A stretch of DNA of 64,000 bases from an uncultured Bacteroides sp. Lineage in GTDB: Bacteria; Bacteroidota; Bacteroidia; Bacteroidales; Bacteroidaceae. Shown piece after piece: positions 9,987 to 20,105 of the stretch; position 1 is the first letter of the stretch, and each line of letters begins with the position of its first letter. The DNA lies in the NCBI RefSeq assembly GCF_900766005.1, contig NZ_CAAFTU010000082.1. One strand, given 5' to 3'. The notes beneath the pieces are model-generated. The model saw only the letters and a program-made list of their open reading frames with translations, did not search any database and was not told the DNA's origin. The position numbers and the translations under genes are program-made.

Positions 9987-11168
9987 ATGAAAAGTTTGTT
10001 AAAAATCCCCTTACTTGTTGCTGTAGCAACAATGATGACTTGCAGTTTCAGCGCATGCAGTGATAACGATGATCCGACTCCGGATACCGGTACGTCTGAA
10101 ACAGATGCAAAATTCGAAGCAATCGCAAAACAGTATCTTGATCACACGGTATATGTTACTTACAAGAACCTGGCTGATGAAACCGAACAGCTAGTAAAAG
10201 ATTTACAAGCATTAAAAAGCAGCAAGACTGATGCAAATGTAAAAGCTACCTGCGAAACCTTCCTTGAAGCACGTGCATGGTGGGAAAAGAGTGAAGCTTT
10301 CCTGTATGGGGCAGCTACCGATTTCGGTATCGACCCGCATATTGACTCATGGCCTTTGGACTTGGACGGATTACAGACCGCACTGAAAAATACGGAACAG
10401 GTAGAAGCAATGGGTGGTGAAGACGGAGATATTTATGCCGGCGAGAAATTGGGTAATTCTTTATTAGGATTTCATGGTATTGAATACATCCTTTTCGAAG
10501 ATGGTAGCCCCAAATCAGTTTCTAAAATCAGTGACTTACATCTGACTTACGCCGTAGCTGTAGCTGGTGATTTGCGTAACCGTTGCTGGCAGCTGGAACT
10601 TTCATGGAGAGGCGAAAGTGCTGTCAATGCCGACCGTGTCGCTAAAGTCGCAAATGAGTTAGAACTGCCTTACACTGTAAACAGTGGTGAATATTCTTAT
10701 GGTGAGAATATGCTGAATGCAGGAAAAGCAGGTAGTACATACGCCAGCTGGACATTGGCCATGCAAGCTATCATTGACGGCTGCAAGACTATCGCAGATG
10801 AAGTAGGAACTTCTAAAATAGGAAAACCTTATAGCGGAGAAGACCCTGCTTATATAGAATCACCATACAGTCACAAGTCCATTCTAGACTTTTATGACAA
10901 CATCATCAGTATTCAGAATGCTTACATGGGCGGTATAGAAAATGAACGTGACGAAACCAACTCACTACACAACTATATTGCTGGAGTAGATAAAGAACTG
11001 GATACAAAAGTTGTAAATGCCATAAACAATGCTCTGACCAAAATCAATGCCATGGCAGCTCCATTTGTAAACAATATTAAAGATCCAAGTGCAGGTGAAG
11101 CAATTAAAGCTTGTCAGGATCTTGATGCCATATTGTCTGATGTTAAAACAGCTTTAAGAAACAATTAA
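9987..11168 (+). CDS. Imelysin-family (IrpA/EfeO-like) lipoprotein
   Basis: Lipobox FSAC-SDNDD; WEKSEAFLYG, IDSWP, GFHGIEYILF (HxxE), IESPYS. Confidence 0.9.
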   Translation: MKSLLKIPLLVAVATMMTCSFSACSDNDDPTPDTGTSETDAKFEAIAKQYLDHTVYVTYKNLADETEQLVKDLQALKSSKTDANVKATCETFLEARAWWEKSEAFLYGAATDFGIDPHIDSWPLDLDGLQTALKNTEQVEAMGGEDGDIYAGEKLGNSLLGFHGIEYILFEDGSPKSVSKISDLHLTYAVAVAGDLRNRCWQLELSWRGESAVNADRVAKVANELELPYTVNSGEYSYGENMLNAGKAGSTYASWTLAMQAIIDGCKTIADEVGTSKIGKPYSGEDPAYIESPYSHKSILDFYDNIISIQNAYMGGIENERDETNSLHNYIAGVDKELDTKVVNAINNALTKINAMAAPFVNNIKDPSAGEAIKACQDLDAILSDVKTALRNN

Positions 11169-11186
11169 AAAGAACTGTTTACCCCA

Positions 11187-11384
11187 ATGACCACAAAGGA
11201 TCTGCAAGAGGGTGTCCGGAAAAGGTCTATTGTACTATCTTTTGCTGTAGATGGTGATTTTACATTCGCTCCAAGCACCGGCTTTGTGCTGCCGGATGTC
11301 CCCTCTACAACAGACATGATAGTGAAAAAGACCGGGGGAGGACAACCTTATGTAGATTCTTTGGTATATAAATTTGAAAAGTAA
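11187..11384 (+). CDS. 65-aa hypothetical ORF or gene remnant
   Basis: Fills the gap between imelysin and DHOR genes with ~20-nt spacers on each side. Confidence 0.45.
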   Translation: MTTKDLQEGVRKRSIVLSFAVDGDFTFAPSTGFVLPDVPSTTDMIVKKTGGGQPYVDSLVYKFEK

Positions 11385-11404
11385 CTAACTTTAAACATTC
11401 TTAT

Positions 11405-13024
11405 ATGAATAAGTTATTTAAAATACACTGGCTTGCTGCTCTATGCGGCCTTACAATGCTCTCGCTAACAGCCTGTAATGACGATGACAATCCGGAAAAC
11501 AAATCTCCGGAAGTCAATCCTGATATCAACGTAAATGTAGAGACCTATGCAGGCGGAGAATTGGGTACAACCTTCAACAATTCCGCTTCTGCTTATGAAG
11601 ATCCTACTCCTGCAACGGAAAATGCAGGTATGACCGACAAATTCAAATATGGGGAATATTTCTTTGAACGTTCTTATACGCAGAATTCCAAACCTTTCAA
11701 TGGTTTGGGACCGCTTTATATCCGCAATTCATGTATGAACTGCCACCCCGGATACGGTCATGGCAAACGGGTAGACCGTTATCGTGCTGATGACTGGGGA
11801 AATGGATATCTACTTGTTGTGACCGATGGAAAGGATAACTACCTAAGTTCTTTAACGGGAATGCCTCAAACCAAAGCTGTAGCCCCTTTCAAAGCACCAA
11901 TAGATGAAGATAAGATAAAAATAGACTGGCTGCCTTACACAGACGAATGGGGAAATAAATTTCCTGACGGAGAAACATACAGTCTGATCTATCCGGAAGT
12001 GACTATTCCTCAAGATGCATACTACGTACCTTTGGAGGCTACTTATAATCAAGTTGTCACCCCTGTCAACTACTCTGATGTAGTAGTTTTGCTGGAATCT
12101 ACCATTGGTATCTACGGAACCGGATTACTAGATGCCATTCCCGATGATTCGTTGAAAGCAGAATATGCACGTCAGGAAAAAGCAGGTGTAAAATTGAATC
12201 CAGCCATCTTCGCAAACGGAGAGTGGACTTCACTCTATAAGGGACTTACAGGTAAACAATATCCCAAACGTTATACTTACGCTTTGACCAGATCTTCCAT
12301 ACAGGATGGTCCCGGTGCCAATGCAATCTGGAACATCACCAATGTTACCCGTAGTGACCGCCGTTATCACTACATGACTGACACGTATGCCAAAACAGCC
12401 TCCAAAGACCCGGATGTACAAAAAGATTTTTATAACTATTTCCCTGAATGGAAACAGACCGGTAATGTAGAACAAGATATATACAACTATCTGATGAATA
12501 AGGAACTTCCGGTGGAAATGACAGACGAAGATTATGTAAACTTCATGATATGGCACAGAGGACTGGCAGTTCCTGCCGCACGGAATCTGGATGACGAAAC
12601 AGTTCAGAGAGGTCACAAATTATTCCGTGAAATAGGCTGTGCTACCTGCCATCGTCCGTCATGGACTACAGGAGACGATAATTATCCCGATCCGAACGGA
12701 TACTTCAAAGATGGTGACAGCCGTCTGCCACGCCATCCACACCAAACTATCTGGCCATATTCAGATATGGTTCAGCACCGCCTGGAAATGAAGAACAATA
12801 TCCGCACGGGATGGTGCCGTACCACTCCTCTTTGGGGACGCGGACTTTCCTTAATCTGTGCCGGACACAGCGACCGTTTGCATGACTGTCGTGCACGTAA
12901 TGTCATTGAAGCCATTATGTGGCATGGAGCTTCAAATAGTGACGCACGCTGGAGCATTGACAAGTTCCGCGAACTCAGTAAAGAAGATCGTGACGCCATC
13001 GTCAAATTTATTGATGCCATTTAA
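11405..13024 (+). CDS. Di-heme oxidoreductase (DHOR) family lipoprotein
   Basis: Lipobox LTAC-NDDD; CMNCH and CATCH heme-c motifs; GLGPLY, RTTPLWG, LHDCRAR. Confidence 0.9.
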   Translation: MNKLFKIHWLAALCGLTMLSLTACNDDDNPENKSPEVNPDINVNVETYAGGELGTTFNNSASAYEDPTPATENAGMTDKFKYGEYFFERSYTQNSKPFNGLGPLYIRNSCMNCHPGYGHGKRVDRYRADDWGNGYLLVVTDGKDNYLSSLTGMPQTKAVAPFKAPIDEDKIKIDWLPYTDEWGNKFPDGETYSLIYPEVTIPQDAYYVPLEATYNQVVTPVNYSDVVVLLESTIGIYGTGLLDAIPDDSLKAEYARQEKAGVKLNPAIFANGEWTSLYKGLTGKQYPKRYTYALTRSSIQDGPGANAIWNITNVTRSDRRYHYMTDTYAKTASKDPDVQKDFYNYFPEWKQTGNVEQDIYNYLMNKELPVEMTDEDYVNFMIWHRGLAVPAARNLDDETVQRGHKLFREIGCATCHRPSWTTGDDNYPDPNGYFKDGDSRLPRHPHQTIWPYSDMVQHRLEMKNNIRTGWCRTTPLWGRGLSLICAGHSDRLHDCRARNVIEAIMWHGASNSDARWSIDKFRELSKEDRDAIVKFIDAI

Positions 13025-13143
13025 GCAATGAAACAGATTGTCTCCCTCCTGAATCCTATCACCAATAATATGACAGGACATTCAGGGGGATGAGACAAAT
13101 TCAAGATTCACCTTCTGGTTATCTTTCAGAAAATTATAACTAC

Positions 13144-15396
13144 ATGAAATTATTAAAACGAACTGCCTTCAGTCTGCTAGGCATATTACTTCTGATTCTT
13201 ACTATAGCTACTATATTGGAAAAAATATATGGTACGGACTTTGTAAACGAGTATATCTACAGTTCCGTACCTTTTGTCATTTTATGGGGAGTAACCGCAA
13301 TTACTTCCTTATTATACATCATAAAAAGCAAACTGCATCGTCAGCCTGTTATTTTTTTGCTTCATCTTTCTCTTCTCTTTATATTGGCAGGGGCATTCAC
13401 CACATGGATATATGGAGAACAAGGCACTATGCGTGTCCGCCAAGGAGAACAACAGACCTCTTTCACCGATTCCAAAGGAATTTCCCACCAGCTACCTTTC
13501 AGCATCACACTAAACCAATTTGAAATTATTTATTACAAAGGAACCTTGGCTCCAATGGACTTTATCAGTCATATTTCAGTAGCAGACAAAGACTGCCACC
13601 GCCAGATACAGGGGAAGGTTTCCATGAATCATATATTTTCATACCAGCACTATCGCTTTTATCAATCAGGCTACAGTGAAGATAATGAAGGAAGCGTATT
13701 TAGTGTATCTCATGATCCTTATGGTATAGGAATCACTTATGCAGGATATACTTTATTGCTACTTTCCACCGTTTTCTTTTTCTTCAGCCCGCAAAGTCGG
13801 TTCCGCCAACTGCTGAAAAGCCCTTTGCTACACAGAAGCTTGACAGTCATCTTGCTTTTATTCGCATTCAGTCTCAACAGTAATTTTCTCAAAGCAAACA
13901 GTCCATCCCCCAAGGTGCTTCCGCGCGAAGTAGCCGAACATTTTGGAGATTTATATATTTTATACAACAACCGTATCTGTCCTTTACAAACCTTTGCCCG
14001 TGATTTTACAATCAAACTTTACGGTAGTTCCTCATATAAAGGACTGACACCAGAAGAAGTACTTACCGGATGGCTGTTTTATTATGACAGTTGGAAAAAT
14101 GAGCCAATTATACGAATCAAGAGTAATGAAGCCCGTAAATTACTGGAAATAGAAGGGAATTACGCCAGGCTGAAAGACTATATCAGTACCATTAATGAAT
14201 ACAAGCTGGAAAAAATGATGAACCATATCCGTTCAGGAGAACAGGTGACTGACAAACGAGGCATAGAAGAAGCTGATGAGAAATTCAATATCATCAATTT
14301 AGTATGTACCGGTGCCATGATGAAAATATTCCCTTGTCGCAATATAGCCGGAAAGACATTGGAATGGTATTCGCAAAGCGACCAATTACCTCAAGATATG
14401 GATAATGACAAATGGGTATTCATTCGTAAATCTATGAGTTATGTAAACGAAATGATTGTGATGAAAAAGTACAATGATGCCTGCCTGTTATTAGAAAAAA
14501 TCAAGAAATACCAGCAGAAAGAGTGTGACGGACTGCTTCCTGCAGATAATAAATTCAAGGCTGAGAAAATATATAATCAATTTGATTATAGCAAATCTGT
14601 CGCCATGGCATGTATTTGCATCGGCCTGATATGTTTTATCTATTATTGCCATTGCATGGCATCGCAAAAGAGAACAAGCCGGAAGGCAATCATAATATTG
14701 AATATTTTGCTATGGATTGTTTTTACCTATTTGTCGGCTGCTATCTGCCTGCGTGGTTATGTGAGCAATCATCTGCCATTGTCCAACGGCTTCGAAACCA
14801 TGCAGTTCATGGCATGGTGTACGCTATTGCTCACTTTTCTGCTACAACGTAAATTCGCAATGTTGCTCCCTTTCGGTTTCCTGCTTTGCGGACTTACGCT
14901 GATGGTATCCATGCTGGGAGAATCAAACCCACAAATCACACAACTGATGCCGGTTCTGCAATCTCCATTATTGAGTATCCACGTAGTAGTTATCATGATC
15001 GCTTATTCGCTGCTGGCATTTATCATGCTGAATGGTGTAACAGCGGTCATACTCCACCAATCACAGAAAGAATGCAAAGAACAAATAGAACGATTGCAGA
15101 TAATAAGCCAAATAATTCTTTATCCGGCAATTTTCTTACTCGCTATCGGTATTTTCATTGGTGCTGTATGGGCAAACGTATCATGGGGACGCTATTGGGG
15201 ATGGGATCCTAAAGAAGTATGGGCCTTAATCACCATGCTGGTATATGCCTTGGCACTGCATCCGAGATCACTGCCATGGTTTCATCGCACCATGTTTTTT
15301 CATGTTTTCTGTATAACTGCTTTTATAACAGTACTGATTACTTACTTCGGAGTGAATTTTCTGTTAGGAGGAATGCATAGCTACGCAAACGGATAG
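13144..15396 (+). CDS. ccsA: Fused system II cytochrome c maturation protein (ResB/CcsB + CcsA)
   Basis: WWD domain WANVSWGRYWGWDPKE; LSIHV; GMHSY. Confidence 0.9.
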   Translation: MKLLKRTAFSLLGILLLILTIATILEKIYGTDFVNEYIYSSVPFVILWGVTAITSLLYIIKSKLHRQPVIFLLHLSLLFILAGAFTTWIYGEQGTMRVRQGEQQTSFTDSKGISHQLPFSITLNQFEIIYYKGTLAPMDFISHISVADKDCHRQIQGKVSMNHIFSYQHYRFYQSGYSEDNEGSVFSVSHDPYGIGITYAGYTLLLLSTVFFFFSPQSRFRQLLKSPLLHRSLTVILLLFAFSLNSNFLKANSPSPKVLPREVAEHFGDLYILYNNRICPLQTFARDFTIKLYGSSSYKGLTPEEVLTGWLFYYDSWKNEPIIRIKSNEARKLLEIEGNYARLKDYISTINEYKLEKMMNHIRSGEQVTDKRGIEEADEKFNIINLVCTGAMMKIFPCRNIAGKTLEWYSQSDQLPQDMDNDKWVFIRKSMSYVNEMIVMKKYNDACLLLEKIKKYQQKECDGLLPADNKFKAEKIYNQFDYSKSVAMACICIGLICFIYYCHCMASQKRTSRKAIIILNILLWIVFTYLSAAICLRGYVSNHLPLSNGFETMQFMAWCTLLLTFLLQRKFAMLLPFGFLLCGLTLMVSMLGESNPQITQLMPVLQSPLLSIHVVVIMIAYSLLAFIMLNGVTAVILHQSQKECKEQIERLQIISQIILYPAIFLLAIGIFIGAVWANVSWGRYWGWDPKEVWALITMLVYALALHPRSLPWFHRTMFFHVFCITAFITVLITYFGVNFLLGGMHSYANG

Positions 15397-15493
15397 CCCT
15401 CATCCATCAATGAAAAGCTATCCTTTCCGAAACAAATAGAAACCAACTTGGACAAAGAACCTGAAACACTATAAAAAAAGGAAATTACCCCAT

Positions 15494-15585
15494 AAAAGAA
15501 GCACTCCCCGCGAATCACTTCGCAGGGAGACTACTAACTAATAACTAACTTGTGGTTTACGTAATTTTTATATGACTTATTTACA
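15494..15585 (-). ncRNA. Candidate ~90-nt sRNA
   Basis: ATTG-N20-TATCTTTG promoter (15620-15589), no ORF, ends in hairpin CTCCCTGCGAA-GTGA-TTCGCGGGGAG followed by a U-rich tail. Confidence 0.6.
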
Positions 15586-15879
15586 ATGCAAAGATAAGGT
15601 TTGCCATCTGTCTGTGCAATCCATGATATAGGTATTCTGGACAGTCAGACATCCCTATTTATAACTATAATAAACGAAAGTAGAAAAGGTATCTATCAAA
15701 ATCATTATTTGTAGGTATTGTCTGAGATTATTAAATGTTGCAATTTTGCCAAAAAGAATTTATCTTATTATACCGTAACCATTGATGTGGAGTTCTCTCT
15801 ATTATTATTTCTCTGTAATGTTAGTCACAAAAGAGAGACTATAAAACCTTGTTCCAGGGAAGCATACCTTCGGAACAAC

Positions 15880-15910
15880 AAAAAGTCCGGACTTGGGAAA
15901 GCCCGGACCT
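15880..15910 (-). terminator. purT terminator
   Basis: GTCCGGGCTT-TCCC-AAGTCCGGAC-TTTTT. Confidence 0.8.
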
Positions 15911-15937
15911 TTATTTTATATCCATCAATACAAGATA

Positions 15938-17107
15938 TTAATACACCTCTACCTTTGCAGCAGCAGCCTTGCACTTGTCACGCAAAGCGTCCAAGTCACT
16001 GCCATTAGGAGCATAACAAACCACAACTCCCATACGGCGGTTCAATTTTGTATAAGGTTTACCAAAAATACGGAGATAAGTATTTGTCTCCTTACAAACT
16101 TCCTCTTCACCACGATAACGGGGAGCTTCCTTGCTGGCAATTGGAGAAAGAATCACTGCACTGGCCCCTATGCGTTCTTGTGTAATTTCAGGGATAGGAA
16201 GGCCTAACACCGCACGCAGATGCAACTCAAACTCATTTAAATTCTGAGTACCTGCCAAAGTCACCATTCCGGTATCATGCGGACGGGGAGAAAGTTCGGA
16301 GAAATAAACTCCGTTTTCATGACTCAAGAAAAATTCAACTCCCCAGATTCCCGCACCGGTCAAAGCCGCCGTCACTTTATCGGCCATACGCTGTGCCTCC
16401 TTCAAATGTTCGGGATCAATGTGCGCCGGCTGGAAACTTTCCCTATAATCTCCCCCTTTCTGTACATGTCCGATAGGCGGACAGAACAAAGTAGGACCGT
16501 TTTTCTGAGTGACGGTGAGCAAAGTAATCTCACTATCGAACTGAATAAATTCCTCAATGATCAATTCTTTAATATCTCCACGACTGCCTTCACACCCATA
16601 ATGCCATGCCTGTTCCAACTCATCCGCGCTCTTGACCAAAGACTGGCCTTTGCCGGATGAAGACATCAAAGGTTTCACCACACAGGGAAAACCAATCTCT
16701 TTTGCGGCCTCCTGCAATTCTTCCAAAGACTTGGCATAGAAATACTTGGCTGTCTTTAATCCTAATTCCTTAGCTGCCAAATCACGAATGGCCTTGCGGT
16801 TCATCGTGAAATTCACTGCACGGGCACTCGGCACTACTTGAATACCTTCCTGTTCCAAATGATACAGACGTTCGGTACGGATAGCTTCAATTTCAGGCAC
16901 AATTATATCCGGCTTGTGTTTGGCTACCACAGCATCCAACGCATCACCGTCAAGCATACTGAACACTTCAAATTCATCAGCCACCTGCATGGCCGGAGCA
17001 CCTGCATAAGAGTCGCAAGCAATAACATACTGCCCTTTACGTTTTGCCGCAATGACGAATTCCTTACCTAATTCGCCAGAACCCAGCAATAAAATCTTCT
17101 TAGTCAT
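15938..17107 (-). CDS. purT: Formate-dependent phosphoribosylglycinamide formyltransferase
   Basis: [34 protein letters not shown]. Confidence 0.97.
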   Translation of the reverse strand: MTKKILLLGSGELGKEFVIAAKRKGQYVIACDSYAGAPAMQVADEFEVFSMLDGDALDAVVAKHKPDIIVPEIEAIRTERLYHLEQEGIQVVPSARAVNFTMNRKAIRDLAAKELGLKTAKYFYAKSLEELQEAAKEIGFPCVVKPLMSSSGKGQSLVKSADELEQAWHYGCEGSRGDIKELIIEEFIQFDSEITLLTVTQKNGPTLFCPPIGHVQKGGDYRESFQPAHIDPEHLKEAQRMADKVTAALTGAGIWGVEFFLSHENGVYFSELSPRPHDTGMVTLAGTQNLNEFELHLRAVLGLPIPEITQERIGASAVILSPIASKEAPRYRGEEEVCKETNTYLRIFGKPYTKLNRRMGVVVCYAPNGSDLDALRDKCKAAAAKVEVY

Positions 17108-17204
17108 AGTATTTATATATGTTTGATATTCCTTACAAAAAACGGAGAGTTGAGAACAAAACACCTCTTGATTCCCAACTTTCCATCTGCAAAGATAGTG
17201 TATT

Positions 17205-18251
17205 TTATAAACTATACGATATCATTGAAGCAATATTTGGATCATTCAGTACAAAGAAAACACCCACTCCCAACGCGATGAGCCACAATACGATAAATAT
17301 AATTTTAGTTACAATGGACATGGGTTGCCAACCTCCAAAATGACGCATCAGCATGTGTATCAGTCCTATAATAGGAATACCGATAACCAGAATACCTGCT
17401 ACGGACATAGCGACAGTCAACCCCGGAGAGCTACCCACCGTAGCCCAATTAACCGCAGGCAGCACCTCATAAAGCACAGCCGGCAATGCAGCAATCAGTC
17501 CCGTAGCCGCCATCAGCAATGCAAAAAAGACAATCAATAATACAAACAATACAGGCGCACAGCAAATAGCAATGAAAACAAGCAGGAACTTGATAAGGAA
17601 CCCTGCCACAGACACAATCCCCTCCCCTATCTTTTGCAAGATACTCCTAGGACGGTCTGAGCGTACATAATCATTCACTTTTTCAAATCCGTCTGTTACA
17701 GTCTTGCCTATATTCTCCACATTAATAGCAGCCCCCTTCATGGCGAGTTTCTCGGGAGCGGTACGCGCCATAGGAATAATAATCCACGCTATGATATAAG
17801 CCAATATCACCCCATGAACAAAGAAACCAAGAACCAATAGAATGATACGTACCCAAGTAACATCCCATCCCATATAAGCAGCCAGTCCGGAAGCCACTCC
17901 ACCTAGTACCTTATTGTCCGGATCACGAAACAAGCGGCGCATAGTGGTTCCTTTTTGTTTTTCCGAACCCGATGCTTCTCCACTTTCTTCATCGGAAAGA
18001 TCTTCGGGTTTACCCATCCGGGCTATGATTTCTTCCACATCTTCAATGGTAATAACCTGTTTACCTTCATTCAAACGGTCGGTAAACAGCTCAGAGATAC
18101 GTAATTCTATATCATGTACAATTTCTTCCGCTCCCTCCTCACGACAGAAGTGAATACGCAGGTTAGTTAAATAGTTATCCAACAAATGGTAAGCGTCTTC
18201 GTCTATATAATAAACGGTACCTCCTAAATTTATGGTTAAAGTCTTTTTCAT
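17205..18251 (-). CDS. PspC domain membrane protein
   Basis: [33 protein letters not shown]-terminus. Confidence 0.9.
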   Translation of the reverse strand: MKKTLTINLGGTVYYIDEDAYHLLDNYLTNLRIHFCREEGAEEIVHDIELRISELFTDRLNEGKQVITIEDVEEIIARMGKPEDLSDEESGEASGSEKQKGTTMRRLFRDPDNKVLGGVASGLAAYMGWDVTWVRIILLVLGFFVHGVILAYIIAWIIIPMARTAPEKLAMKGAAINVENIGKTVTDGFEKVNDYVRSDRPRSILQKIGEGIVSVAGFLIKFLLVFIAICCAPVLFVLLIVFFALLMAATGLIAALPAVLYEVLPAVNWATVGSSPGLTVAMSVAGILVIGIPIIGLIHMLMRHFGGWQPMSIVTKIIFIVLWLIALGVGVFFVLNDPNIASMISYSL

Positions 18252-18263
18252 TGTATCCTGTTT

Positions 18264-18590
18264 TTAATTGTTTTTTAAATGATTCACTGTATTCGCCAGC
18301 TCCTCCCAGGCAGCCTCCAGTCCGCTAAGGAATGTTTCACCCTGAGGAGTGAGACTATAATATTTACGAGGTGGTCCCTGAGTGGACTCTACCCATTCGT
18401 ATGAGAGCAGGTCATCGTTTTTCAGCCGGGTAAGCAGCGGATAAAGCGTCCCTTCTACTACAATGAGCCGGGCTTCTTTCAATTTTTGAATGATATCCGA
18501 AGCATATGACGGCTCTTTGTGCAACAACAATAAAATGCAGTATTCCAGCATTCCTTTGCGCATCTGAGATCGTACATTGTCTACATTCAT
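18264..18590 (-). CDS. PadR family transcriptional regulator
   Basis: EGTLYPLLTRL, GPPRKYY. Confidence 0.95.
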   Translation of the reverse strand: MNVDNVRSQMRKGMLEYCILLLLHKEPSYASDIIQKLKEARLIVVEGTLYPLLTRLKNDDLLSYEWVESTQGPPRKYYSLTPQGETFLSGLEAAWEELANTVNHLKNN

Positions 18591-18613
18591 AATCTATAAT
18601 ACTTTGTTTGGCA

Positions 18614-18650
18614 CAAATATATGTATTATACAAGTACCTTGTATTACATA
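18614..18650 (-). promoter_or_regulatory. padR promoter -7 element with adjacent inverted repeat (likely operator)
   Basis: TATATTTG at 18621-18614; TATGTA-tt-ATACAAG-tac-CTTGTAT-TACATA. Confidence 0.65.
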
Positions 18651-18766
18651 GTTCTACTATTTTGCATAAATTAATATTTAAACAAGAAAAAGAAAGGAAG
18701 CCCCTTTTTTTCTTGCAAAAAGTTTATCTTTGCCTCTCGTTATAACACTAAAAAGATATAAAGATC

Positions 18767-19264
18767 ATGTTTACCATAAAAAAGGCAACGACCAATGATA
18801 TTCAGTTGATTAACGAGATGGCTCAGATCGTGTTTCCGGCTACCTACCGGGAAATTCTTTCAAAAGAACAATTGGATTACATGATGGACTGGATGTACTC
18901 TCCGAAAAACCTGCGTAAACAAATGGAAGAGGAAGGGCACATCTATTACATAGCTTACAAAGATGGAGAAGCTGCCGGATATGTTTCCATACAGCCCGAA
19001 GGAGAACATTTATTTCATCTGCAGAAAATCTATGTACTTCCCCTTTTTCAAGGTTGCCGGTTGGGCAAAGCACTATTTGAGCAGGCCGTCAAAGCAATTA
19101 AAGAAATCCATCCCGGACCTTGCGAAATGCATTTGAATGTAAACCGTAACAATAAGGCTTTACAATTCTACCAACATTTGGGAATGGAAAAAGTTGCAGA
19201 AGGAGATTTCCATATAGGCAACGGATATTATATGAACGATTATATCATGGGACTGAAAATCTAA
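18767..19264 (+). CDS. GNAT N-acetyltransferase
   Basis: KIYVLPLFQGCRLGK, LNVNRNN.A..FY. Confidence 0.9.
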   Translation: MFTIKKATTNDIQLINEMAQIVFPATYREILSKEQLDYMMDWMYSPKNLRKQMEEEGHIYYIAYKDGEAAGYVSIQPEGEHLFHLQKIYVLPLFQGCRLGKALFEQAVKAIKEIHPGPCEMHLNVNRNNKALQFYQHLGMEKVAEGDFHIGNGYYMNDYIMGLKI

Positions 19265-19284
19265 CCCTATCTTACAAAAACAAA

Positions 19285-20001
19285 ATGGACGAATATCGTA
19301 TCAATGGATTGACCATAAAAGAAAATTTGCTGCAACTGGCAGAAAATGAAAATAAAAAGTTCACCGAATCGCTGCATCCGGGAATAGAAAATGTATTGGG
19401 TATCCGCATCCCTGCCCTAAGGCGGTTAGGAGCACAAATTGCCAAAGATGACTGGGAGAGTTATCTACAGACTGCGGATACTTATTATATGGAGGAACGT
19501 ATGCTACAAGGTATGGTAATAAGTAATCTGAAAATGAAAGACACGCAAGCATATCTTTCACTGGTTGCCCGGTTTGTTGCCATCATCAACAGTTGGTCTG
19601 TTTGTGACACCTTTGACTTTTACGGCAAACAACGGTTTGTGGACAAGAACAAGAAAAGGGTCTGGCTATTTTTGGAAGACCGGATGAAATCCGACAAAGA
19701 ATATGAAATACGTTTCGGAGTAGTAATGGCAATGGCTCATTATATTGACGAAGAGTATATAGACAACGTATTGCAATGGATGGACCGGATCAGTCACGAA
19801 GGATATTATGTGAAGATGGCTGTAGCATGGGCTTTATCCGTATGTTATGTCAAGTTTCCTCAAAAAACGATGAACTATCTGAAGGAAAATCATTTAGATG
19901 ACTTTACTTACAATAAGGCACTACAAAAAATCATAGAATCTTATCGGGTAAGCACGGAGGACAAAGAAATCATCCGCAGCATGAAAAGAAAAAACAAATA
20001 A
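19285..20001 (+). CDS. DNA alkylation repair protein (AlkD-like)
   Basis: LGIRIPALR, NSWSVCD, YYVKMAVAWALS. Confidence 0.85.
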   Translation: MDEYRINGLTIKENLLQLAENENKKFTESLHPGIENVLGIRIPALRRLGAQIAKDDWESYLQTADTYYMEERMLQGMVISNLKMKDTQAYLSLVARFVAIINSWSVCDTFDFYGKQRFVDKNKKRVWLFLEDRMKSDKEYEIRFGVVMAMAHYIDEEYIDNVLQWMDRISHEGYYVKMAVAWALSVCYVKFPQKTMNYLKENHLDDFTYNKALQKIIESYRVSTEDKEIIRSMKRKNK

Positions 20002-20105
20002 TGTCCATTTACCGCAAAGAGGCTTTGAATCCTTCCGAAAGAAATTCACCATTCATATTCGGAAAGATTCAAACCGCTCCAGCAGCTATTAATAATCGGG
20101 AAAAG

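Noticed and set aside
15718..16207. Short plus-strand ORFs near the purT end
   Set aside because: Overlap purT and its terminator antisense, with no protein-like signal
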